DNA of 64,000 bases. Origin: Haliotis rufescens (taxonomy: Eukaryota). A model generated the notes under the pieces. It saw nothing but the letters and a program-made list of their open reading frames with translations, was not told where the DNA came from and searched no databases. This document shows positions 1 to 11,100 of this stretch, piece by piece. Each line of letters opens with the position of its first letter. Within the stretch, counting starts at the first letter, position 1. The position numbers and the translations under genes were made by a program. The stretch covers positions 992,001 to 1,056,000 of the forward strand of contig NW_025964367.1 in assembly GCF_023055435.1 (NCBI RefSeq). The letters run 5' to 3'.

Positions 1-266
1 TGGCTGCTTGTATCAGTTCGGACTCATGCCGAATTTTTGTGCCACTGAGATACCCTGCCGCAGTTTAACATGAATTCCCCACTCAGACACAGTGTACTGA
101 CTCCGAGCCGACCAGTCCTTGTTTTAGCACCTTAATGCCGAGCGCCAGACAGGGTAACAATAAGTACCATCTTTTAACGTCTTTTGGTATGACGCGGCGG
201 GGATCGAACCCCGGACCTTCCGCTCTCCGGGCGGACGCTCTACCACTAGACCACGGAGGCGGTCTC
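1..266 (-). mobile_element. tRNA-derived SINE, family B (partial at window edge)
   Basis: Reverse complement gaccgcctccgtggtctagtggtagagcgtccgcc...ggttcgatccc contains A/B boxes. Same family at 22445, 40623 and 47070. Confidence 0.8.
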
Positions 267-785
267 TAGCTACATGAAGTCTAAAGATATTGTATGTAGA
301 TATTTTACTATGTATTAGTTGCAAGTGAAAAACACATAAAACACACCTAGAGCCGGGCTGGAAACAACATGATTTTTCCACAGTTAACAGAAATCTCGGT
401 TAAAAAAAAATCTGTTTTACGATTATCATGACCATGTGTCTACGAATCACTATCAAGTAATGATGAAAAAGCTATTCGCTAAAAGATGAGTTTATTCACA
501 CCTACCGGTGGCACCCGTCACAGACACATGCAAAGGCAAGTCAAGCGTTCACCTAGAAAACGAATTAGAAACGTTGCACAAAACGTTATGCAAATGTGGT
601 GCAATAATGTTGTCCCAATAGTACTGACCTGTGACTCTGCCATGGACACAATGGCGCGCTGTTCGGTCAGTCATTGTGATATCATACAATTAACATAATG
701 GACCCACCCCAAAACAATAACGCTTTACGACGTTAAGATACATATATCGCTCATTTGGGTCGTCTCCAAACTCGATTCATTCAGT

Positions 786-956
786 GAGAGTGAGTGAGCG
801 AGTATGGTTTTACGCCGCTTTTAGCAATATTCCAGCAATATCACGGCGGGGGACACCAGAAATGGGCTTCACACATTGTACCCATGTCGGGAATCGAACT
901 CGGATCTTCCGCGTGACGAGCGAACACTTTAACCACTAGGCTACCCGACCGCCCCA
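786..956 (-). mobile_element. tRNA-derived SINE, family A, (ACTC)n tail
   Basis: ggggcggtcgggtagcctagtggttaaa...gttcgattccc head with an actcactc tail. Also present in copy 2 at ~47938-48104. Confidence 0.85.
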
Positions 957-1054
957 AGTCGAGAGTGAACATCGATTCCTTAGAAAACCAGACCCAACGT
1001 CGATTATCCCAGTGCTGACGTTCCCTACACCTCTGGCGCCACTGATTACAAAAG

Positions 1055-1335
1055 GGGGGCACGGGTGGCCCAGTCGTCTAAGGCGCAACGATTCGCTGTG
1101 CAGATTTGCGCCCATTGGGCACGCCAGAAACCTATGATTGTGGGTTCGGATCCCGGTTCGCCCCGATTATATTTTTAGGTTTTACAGCACCATACCCGTG
1201 CTCGTTGGTTTCACCGAAGAGGTAAACGTCTGAGACCTGCATCACTTCGGGCTTTCCTCCCACTTTAACCTGACACGCCGTCATATAACTGGAATATTGT
1301 TAAAAGCGGCGTTAAACCCAACTCACGACGACGAC
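1055..1335 (+). mobile_element. tRNA-derived SINE, family D, copy-1-specific insertion
   Basis: A box (gtggcccagtcgtctaaggcg), B box (ggttcggatcc) and (acg)n tail. TSD gattacaaaag at 1044-1054 and 1336-1346. Empty site in copy 2 near 48194. Confidence 0.85.
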
Positions 1336-1593
1336 GATTACAAAAGACATACAGCAAGTTGTGGGGTGACACGTTGACGTCGTGCACGCATCTGCTATCC
1401 GTGCATACGATTTCACACCGTTTGGACATGAACTCTTGCCTCTAGCAACCGGTCCAATATCTGAGTGACAGTTAGCAACTGACTTCTAAATGCCATCGTT
1501 CTGACTGATCTGTCCTGGGCTGGAGTTGATGCTCTTTGGTCGTCCCGAGCGACATAATATCTTTGATGGTTTCGGGACCTCAATCTGCTGATG

Positions 1594-1756
1594 GGGCGGT
1601 CGGGTAGGCTAGTGGTTAAAGCGTTCGCTCGTCACGCCGAAGACCCGGGTTCGATTCCCGACATGGGTATGTGAAGCCCATTTTTGGTGTCCCCCGCCGC
1701 GATATTGCTGGAATATTGCTAAAAGCGGCGTAAAACCATACTCACACACTCACTCA
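1594..1756 (+). mobile_element. SINE family A, copy-1-specific insertion
   Basis: 15-bp TSD ctcaatctgctgatg at 1579-1593 and 1757-1771. Empty site in copy 2 near 48440. Confidence 0.9.
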
Positions 1757-2292
1757 CTCAATCTGCTGATGACATTCAGAGTTTAGGCAAAATTATGCTG
1801 ACGTGTGCGCAGCTGCAAGATGCGTGGCACCGATCAATAATATTGGTTACTTAATGATTAAATGTGTTTAAAAAAGGGTCTTTGAACATTTTGTTCCAAG
1901 AAAACAATGTGCATCTTACAATGGTAAATCTGGCATATCACCCTTGCACATGCTGTCCGAGGTCACGTGATTCATAACTTTTACAATGTTCTGCTGGGAG
2001 CTTGAATCCTCCGGAAATGTTCTTGCCACATACATCACTTACTTTCATTGCCAGACTTTTGTGTACGTTCTTATAGTTTCACCTCAAAACGAAATATCCC
2101 CAAAAAATTTGGCATTGTATAACACAAAGGACACTGGCCAGCAAATCGAGACAAGAGACGTGCCGATATAAGACCTAGTGTCAATAAGACTTCTTCATAA
2201 TCTTAAACTATGAGTTTGAACACTGAGATTTGTTTCTGAGGCCATCAATAAAATACGACACACTCCTATGGGTATTAATAGGATGGCACATG

Positions 2293-3700
2293 TACTCTTC
2301 AAAAAAGAAACGCGCAAGTAGATTTTTAGTACATGTATTGTACCTAATAAAGTCGATATATTTAATTTAATATCATAGATACTAATATGAAATTTTGGAG
2401 CTCGACAGTCACATGTTGTCGTTGTACTAAGGCATTGAAAACTGTTCATTGTCATGTCACATGAGGCCACAAGGTTGCGCTGACCTCGTGTATCTCGTGT
2501 GACCGCCCCGGGCAGCAGTCACGGATCTGCATCTCCTTGGCACTGACTGGATAAGTGTACGAATTCTGTCCTGTGGAATTCTGCGCCATTCTGCTTCAAA
2601 CGCATTGGCCAGTTGTGGGAGTGTCTGCGGCGTATTCTGACGTTTACGTACACGTCGATAGAGTTCATCCAAGGGGGCCCGACGGCCAGGGCAAGACGTT
2701 GATGTTGCCATTATGAGGGAAGTCTACCGTGACACGAGCTGTGTGCACTGGAGCGTTGTCCTGTTGAAACAGATCCCTCTGGTGGTCAATGATTGGAAGA
2801 AGGTGAGGTTGAAGAATTTGATTCATGTAGCCATGTGCTGTCAAATTTCCCTGAACCCAAAAGATTTCCCGGGGTAGGATATAGACCCCCACCGCCAATG
2901 CCATCGCCGCCACCGAAATTGTCGAATTAACGAACACAATGTGGGGCAAAACGCTCATTTCGACGACGATAAACACATTGTCTCCCATCTCGCCGGTGAA
3001 GAATAAATCGTGATTCATCGCTCAACCACACTCGTCTCCAGTTTCTCAAATTCCAAGGCTGTAAGGTATGGCACCAACGCAAGCGTTGACGATGGATCTG
3101 TTGCACAACAGGGACGATAACTGGTCCTCTGGGTCGGATTCCAGCCTCGCGAAGATGGTGCCTGACAGTCTGGTCCGATATCCTCCTCAAACCAGGGATG
3201 CGTCCTGCAGCTCCGTAGCTGTGGCATTGCGATGACGTAGGTGGAACAGTCGAATGTGGCGATCCTGTGCAGGGCCGGTAACTCTTGGTCGGCCGGTTCT
3301 CGGACGGTCTGCAGTGGAATCGAACTGTGTGTATCGGTCACAAAGGCGGCAAATGGTGCTGTGGTGGACGTTGAAGTGACGTGCAACAGAAGACTGTGAT
3401 TCCCCTCTTTGGATAGGTCCTATGGCGATGTTCCGATCGGCAGCGCTGAGTCTCGGCATTTTCGAACTTGAAAAATGTTGACAGTTGAATGACAGATTAT
3501 TGGCTTATGCTTGCCTTCATGTAGCCACTACCACGAGCTACGAATGCCATAACGTGTACGTGCATTTTGCTTTACTGTTTTCGTCTTTGACATTTTTGAA
3601 CATTTTCCAATAACATATATCCAATTTATGTACCGGATTATTTTTTTCGTCAGGTTCAATGGACTACATACTACCTGTGCGTTTCCATTTATGAAGAGTG
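2293..3700 (-). mobile_element. Tc1/mariner DNA transposon with frameshifted transposase
   Basis: Imperfect TIRs (c/t)actcttcaaaaaagaaacgc ... gcgtttccatttatgaagagtg, followed by TA. Fragments carry MPRLS...HTH, RTGRPRVT, WLSDES, FQQDNAPVH and GGHTRY across several frames. Confidence 0.9.
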
Positions 3701-5454
3701 TATATAAATATGTGTATTCAATTTACATTGTTGCAAAAGAGAGTTATATATAGGAAAATGGAAATATTGGATTATAATATTCCGTTATTATCATGCAATC
3801 TCTAAGACGCTGGCATTTATGAGATAATTCCTGTATTGAATCGAGGAGGCATCATTAACACTTATCCTATAATGGACAACCCAGTCAGGGCACGAAGAGA
3901 GGGCATCAACGCTGACATGTGTTGCCAACTGGACATGTGTTGCCAACTACGCCGACATTTTTTATAAAAAAATAAGAAATGAATTTCACATTGTGGTGGT
4001 AAACTGGAGAATGAATGGTGTGAGTTGTGCAGATTAAAGTCGTGTAAACGCCGGATCTTACGACGAACATTTGAGATGATTTACGTTACCGGTTACATTG
4101 GTTACCCACTAGCGGATATATTCTTCACACTTCCGCAAAACAAAGTAGTTCCAATTCCATAAATATAAAAAAAACAACAGCTTATTTTTAATGAACTAGG
4201 GTTACATTCATTAAAATTTAACTTAAGAAATGACTTTCTTTTTTTCACGCGACCTTCACCTCAAAGAATTTACCAGATACGTATAACATATGTTGACGTA
4301 TGTTATCACAACCGGTGATCAACAAAATGGAGTGTCCACTGATATAAGTATGCGGGATTGAACTTAGGGACGTTCGTTGATTCGGGGATCGTACATACAT
4401 AAAAGTGTCATGTAAGTAGTCAGAAACATTCTGAAAATCTGTGTATTGTTATTCTTGTTTATGTTTTCACTGTAACCAAAAGAAAGAGTCCGAAATGCCA
4501 ATAAAAACTTTGTCGTTGTGCGTGACTTTGCGTCAGTCATGAGGTCACACAGTACGGAAGCTTTGATAATGTCTGTTGAATTTACCAAATCATTGTAATG
4601 TATCTATTTTCTAATTCCCTAATTCTTGCTACGATACTCTTCCCATGCATATTCTAAAAACATAGAGCAATTGTATCTCTTTAAATAGGAGAAAATGCTA
4701 CATAGCATAATATCTGAGTATTGCTTTGTTTACATTTCAAACAAGTGCAGTTTTCCGAGCACAGCTTTCGTTTTCACACCTAATTTATTTCGCTTGAGTT
4801 CGTCTAAACAGCTTGTATTGGTGACAAAGACCATTTACCATTTGATTCTAAAATGAATGACGAATTCAGGGATGTATGTATCACACTTGAGATGGAAAAA
4901 TACGTGATGTAATAAGCGTCTCATAACCGGCAAACGTGAACGTGATTTGGTAAACACTGTCAGTGAAAACGAAACGTTACTTTATTGTCCGACATTGACA
5001 ATCCTCACTATTTTGCTAAGCAGGGGAGGGAACAGAGAAAATGTTCCACTCTGGAATTCACCATGTAAAGTAGTCCCGGTCGAAAATTGTGTGAACGTCA
5101 AAAAGTGAGGTTTATATTTTGTAAACGTCACTATTTGAAGTTTGTTGAAAAAAACAATCAAATGATCGGAAATCCCTTAAATTACAACATATGAATTTAT
5201 AATTAAAATGTTTTGAACCGACTGTTGTACTGCTTTATCGTCCGTTGATATAGGGGCCATTGATATATTTGCACAGATAGTCTTCACAGTATACCTGTTC
5301 AGAGTACGAACATGCTATCAGTTCATCCCAAGAGTGGACACAGGTGGCGCAGGAAAAGGTTACACGTTTAACACATCTCATACCATGAGAAGACACAGAT
5401 GATGAACACAGATCATCCCGAGACGAGTAGACGACACATCAGTGGGAGGTTACA

Positions 5455-5808
5455 TGGTTAAAATAGATCGTCTCCAAAGAAGACCCAATAAAGATCAAAG
5501 GAGACTGTGTCAGTTCAACATAGATCATGTCCAAAGAAGACCCAATCAAGATCAAAGGAGACTGTGTCAGTTAAACACAGATCGTTTCCATAGTAGACCC
5601 AGGCCAGATCGAAGGAGACTGTGTCAGTTAAACACAGATCGTTTCCATAGTAGACCCAGGCCAGATCGAAGGAGACTGTGTCAGTTAAACAGAGATCGTT
5701 TCAATAGTAGACCCAGGCCAGATCGAAGGAGACTGTGTCAGTTAAACACATATCGTTTCCATAGTAGACCCAGGCCAGATCGAAGGAGACTGTGTCAGTT
5801 AAACATAT
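5455..5808. repeat. 57-bp minisatellite (~6 units), distal array, copy 1
   Basis: Unit acacagatcgtttccatagtagacccaggccagatcgaaggagactgtgtcagttaa. Confidence 0.95.
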
Positions 5809-6934
5809 GAGAACGCGTGCTGTGTGCTCTCACATACAATTGGGTAACCTTAGAACATAAAGTTAAGAATATAAATCACAGAGTTGATGGCGAAAGTTCC
5901 AGTATTTATTCTTGAGCAGATGTGATGTAGATACATTCAATACACAATTTCAAGTTATTACAATAATAAAGGTGTACATAAGATATTGTATAATATTACA
6001 GTTTAACATTTACTCAATGAATATTCTCGAGGGAATAAGCTTATAGAATTGATAATTGATTGTTTTGAGAATTAGCATGGTAGAGTTGACAATGGCGGGA
6101 AGATGACTGGCTACAGTTTACAATATTATTAATAATACTAACATTAACGATAAATGTGCGGTAACCCAACAATGTTGAGATATGTATAATAAATTTAAAA
6201 TACAACTATTCACAACAAAGTATGACATGCAATTAATGATAATTGTAAGCAGTATTATAAAAAATATGAACTGCATTTTATAATTCATTGCAACAACACT
6301 GAATAAAACGTTATAAAACACAAACATTCCAAATAATTACTTACATTGTACAACGACCACATAAATACATTACCTGTACTCAGTTCAAGTTAGATATAAA
6401 CAGAGTTATTTGGTCTAACTTCTTACATTTCTAAACAATAAGTACACATGTGAATAATTTGAACAAGGGAAACCAGCTTACCTTAGAACATAATGTTGAG
6501 AATATAAATCACAGAGTTGATGGCGACAGTTCTGGTATTTATTCTTGAGCAGATGTGATACCAAAGGGGCATCTGCTTGGTTTTATATAGTTGAGAGGCC
6601 GAGGAGCTGGAACTGCGCCTTTACTATTATTGGTCCAAAGTATGTAACGCCAATTTTGATTGGATAAGAATTTCTGACCTAAGGCTGGTAATAACTGGCT
6701 GATTTCCCAAGTTTTACTAACCTACTGTTTGACATTAACGATTGATAAAAACAATGCATCTGGTATAATGTTTGCCTTGAGGTAATCCTTTGCCTAAGGG
6801 GGATAATTAGAGGTGACGGGTAGGTAGACACTGACGATGATTGAGCTACACTCACTCGTTGACGGGTATAGAATCAAAATAGCAGGGGATTATGTTTGGA
6901 CAATGGGCATGTTGATTTTGTGCCTTATGGGTAT

Positions 6935-7615
6935 TGTAAGGATCACAATAAATGTCAATTCATCCTAGAACAAAAGAACAATTCTCATTTCCATTCCATC
7001 TTCATTCTCATTCTCAACTCATCACCAATAAATAACCTCTTTTGAATTGGAAGATTGACTGCAAAGGAAAAGTAAACAATCATACGTTTGCAGTTCAATA
7101 TGTAAACAAAACAATAACAATGTATGACAATTACTAAAACAACAAAAGTTGAGAAAAGACATTAAATTGTGACAAAATAATTGCAAGATCATTTGCCCAG
7201 AAAGAATGTATACATAAGTGATTGAAAACTGAACACATTATCATTACTTCAGAAAAGTTACAAATACAACAATTTGGGAAATAAAATTGCTACAGAAATA
7301 TATTGACAATGGAAAAGAAATACAAATGCATGACAACATACCATTTTGGTAGACCCATATTCTTCTTTAATCTTTACTTTTTGCCTTTTTGTCTCTGACC
7401 ACATGGGTCCTCATTCTCTTTTTCGAGAAACTAAAAAGCATGCATGGCATGCAGCCTAAACAGAGTGACCTTCCTTGGCTAAACTCCTGAAGCATGCATA
7501 AAATAATAATCTTTTACATGCTAATTTTGGAATGAAAACTTAGGAAAAAGTTAAACTTGAATAATTTGGAAAAGTAAATAGGAATTATTTTAGAGATGTT
7601 ATTTTGACCGTAACA
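6935..7615 (-). repeat. BEL 3' LTR
   Basis: tgtaaggatc...gaccgtaaca, adjacent to the PPT. Confidence 0.95.
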
Positions 7616-7884
7616 CCCCAGCCCCTTAATTGTACCAATATAAATGGGACAATTACGAATATAGACAAAAGAAAACTATTTATAAATAAAATGCGAAAAT
7701 AAAACAAATGCTTTTAAGATAACAGAGATATACCCAATGAAAATTACCTCTTTTCATCAAGCAAATTGTGTCACAAAATGTATCAATTCAAATTCTTTGT
7801 ATCATAACACGGTATTACAAATTCATTCATTCTTACTCAAATATTAACAGCATTTCAATAAAACACAATGGAATAGATGAAATA

Positions 7885-8051
7885 GTGAGTGAGTGAGTAT
7901 GGTTCCACGCCGCCCCCAGCAATATTCCAGCAATATCACGGCGGGGGACACCAGAAATTGGCCTCACACAATGCACCCATGTCAGAAATCGAACCCGGGT
8001 CCCCAGCATGACAAGGGAACGCCTGAACCACCAGGCCACCCGACCGCCACA
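7885..8051 (-). mobile_element. SINE family A nested in the BEL 3' UTR (A-to-G hypermutated)
   Basis: TSD aatagatgaaata at 7872-7884 and 8052-8064. About 13 T>C changes (plus strand) relative to the other family-A copies. Confidence 0.9.
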
Positions 8052-8129
8052 AATAGATGAAATAATAAAACTTCAAATCATTTCATCACTGAGTTCATAT
8101 GCACTTAATGCATCACTGAATTTCACTGT

Positions 8130-11100
8130 TTATTCATCCGTTTCAAGAACAAAGCACAGTTTTGTTACAGGTCTCTGTAACACGGATGTTTGCGTTTTTA
8201 CAGTCACAGTCCTGACAAGTCCTTTCTTGTCTGCAAACACTTTCAGGACTCTACCGAGAGCCCATGAATTTCTGGGTGTGTTCTCAACAAGGAGAACAAT
8301 GTCGCCTACTTTCACATTTCGCCGTTTCTTTGTCCATTTCTGTCTGATCTGTAATTGGGGTAAGTATTCTTTTACCCACCGTCTCCAAAACACATTGGCT
8401 AAATACTGAATTTGACGCCATCGTCTCCTTACGTAATTGTCCGAGACGTCAAAACTTCCTGGCGGCATATGTTCACCTGCACGAAGAGTGAGGAGGTGAT
8501 TAGGGGTTAGAACACACAGATCATTTGGATCACTACTCACAGATGTTAGTGGTCTGTTATTGATGATTACCTCCACCTCACAAAATAATGTCTGTAACCC
8601 CTCATCATCCAAATGAATCACTTGTTGATGCAGCAGGGAATTTAACACTTTTCGAACTGTCCGAATCATTCTTTCCCATACTCCACCATGGTGTGAAGCT
8701 GCAGGTGTGTTGAATTCCCATGAAATTCCTTTCTGTTGAAGTGATGTATGAATCTTACTCTGATTTAATTTGTTTATCTCATCGCAGAGTTCTCGCTCAC
8801 TTCCGACCAGGTTGGTTCCATTATCGGAGCGAATGGATTTCACTGTCCCTCTCCTAGCAATGAATCTTCTCACTGCATTAATGCATGAATCTGTATCTAG
8901 AGAGAACGCCATTTCTAAATGCACTGCTCTGACTGTAAGGCAGGTAAATATCACACCATACCTTTTCACTTCTTTTCTTGCTCTCTTCACCATTATTGGA
9001 CCAAAGAAGTCCATACCCACGTGTGAAAATGGTGGTTCATCTACAGAGAGACGATCTGACGGAAGACTCGACATTTGCTGCTCCATGACACAAGCTCTGT
9101 ACTTCCGGCACAGGACACACTTGGACACTAGGCTCTTGATAATAGAGCCAGCCCCCATTATCCAATAATTCTGTCTCAATTGGGCCAGCATTGATTGATA
9201 TCCAAGATGTCCAACTTTCTCATGGCTGTCTCTCAATATCAAAGATGTGATAGCAGACTTCTTTGGTATGATAACTGGATGTTTGGCATTGAATGGAATG
9301 TTAGCTTTATCTAGGCGTCCTCCGATTCTCATAATTCCATCAATTACAACAGGATTCAGTTTGACTAGAGGAGATCTGGGTCTCAAACAACACTTACTTG
9401 TTGTCAACATTTTTATTTCTTCATGGAAACACTGTTGTTGCACATGACGTATCAATGTCACTTCTGCTTTTTCAACCATTTCGATTGACAATTGCTTGAA
9501 TTTCATGACCTTTTTCTTCAGGTTTTGGATGAAAAGGAGAATCCATCCAACAGCTCTCTTAAGTCTGGTCCAATCTGAATAGTGACTGATTAACTTGTCA
9601 AGTGGAGAATAGTGAGCTGCATTAAGTGTAGTAGTAGCTACAGTCCTTTTCACCTCTGGATCATTTGCTGGAAGAATCAACTCTTTCTCATTGCTGTTGA
9701 CTTGCCATTCTGATTCTGGTTTCCTTAGGAAATCTGGACCCTTCAACCATATATCAGCCTGGAGAAACTTGTTTACTTTCATACCTCTAGACGCTGCATC
9801 GGCTGGATTAGATTTGGTATGGATGTAGTTCCACTGGTTCTTGTCTGAAGCTTCTCTGATTATCTGAACTCTGTTTGCAACGAATGTGTGGAATCTGTTG
9901 GTGTCATTGGCAATGTATCTGAGTACTGACCAGCTGTCTGTCCAGTAGAAAGTTTCTGTTACTATATATTCCAGTTCATCTCTGATCATTTTGCAGAGTT
10001 TCATTGCAATAGTTGCTGCTGTCAACTCCATCCTTGGTATAGTCACTCGTTTCAGAGGTGCTACTCTTGATTTCCCCATGACGAAGGAGACATGAATTTC
10101 ATTTCTTGAGTTGATTAGTCGTAGATAGGCGACTACTCCATAACCATGATCACTGGCGTCCGAGAACATATGAAGTTGACAGGTGACGACTGATCCAAAC
10201 TCTTCTGTCTTGAAACATCTGGGTAGTTTTATGTTTCTGAGGTGTGATAAACCATTTAACCACTCTCTCCATATCTTCATGTCATCTCCAGATATTTCCT
10301 TGTCCCATTCTACATTGTCTCTACACAGTTTCTGCAGCAGGATCTTGGCAACTAGGACATATGGTGACACATATCCTAACGGGTCATATACTGAGCTGAC
10401 CATGGAGAGTATTCCTCTTCTAGTAGGTGGTTTGTCTTTCACTTTAGTGTTGTATTGAAAACAGTCTTTCTCTACTGACCATGTCACACCAAGAGCTCTT
10501 TCAACAGGGAGTTGATCAGATTTCAGATCGATAGATTTCAGACTCTTTGCTCTCTCACTAGGTTGTATGCTCTCAACTACAGTGTGTCTGTTACTCATCC
10601 ATTTGGTAACACGGAAACCTCCCCTTGCACACAGTTCACGCACATCAGTTACAATAGATTTAGCTATGTCTTCATTCTCAACTGATTTCAGCAGGTCATC
10701 TACGTAGAAGGATCTGAGGATGACATCGGTTATGAGAGGATTGAACATTTCTCTGTTATCTTCTGCAGTTTGGCGTAGAGCAGCTGTCGAACAACTGGGC
10801 GATGATACTGCTCCGAACAAGTGCACACACATGCGATATACTGCAGGTTCTGATTGAAGATCTCCATCTGGCCACCAGTAGAACCTGAGGAAGTCTCTGT
10901 CATCTCGTGGGACTCGTACCTGATAGAACATAGATTCTATATCAGCCATTAGGGCCACAGGCTCTTGTCTGAATCGCAGTAATACACCGATGAGGCTGTT
11001 GGTTAAGTCAGGGCCTTGAAGCAGTAGATTGTTGAGTGATGTTCCTTGATGTGTAGCTGCACAATCAAACACCACTCGGATCTTGTCTGGTTTGTGAGGG

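Larger units (their letters stand above)
600..1850 (-). mobile_element. Highly degenerate Tc1-like transposase relic interrupted by three SINEs
   Basis: Minus strand ~960-1040 reads RQRCRERQHWDNRRWVWFSKESMFTL, resembling the Tc1 W..V.FSDES motif. Boundaries are approximate. Confidence 0.5.

Noticed and set aside
1055-1170. tRNA genes in SINE heads
   Set aside because: A/B boxes are present, but each continues into a SINE body and tail, often with a TSD. No clean cloverleaf.
5442-5810. 122-aa repetitive ORF (RPDRRRLCQLNTDRFHS)n
   Set aside because: By-product of a 57-bp unit read antisense to the lectin frame. The copy-2 array is frameshifted by 58-bp units.
6828-6885. Possible hammerhead ribozyme (CTGACGA tgatt...aatc AAAA)
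   Set aside because: The required GAAA is absent in both copies, and I could not find convincing stems I and III.
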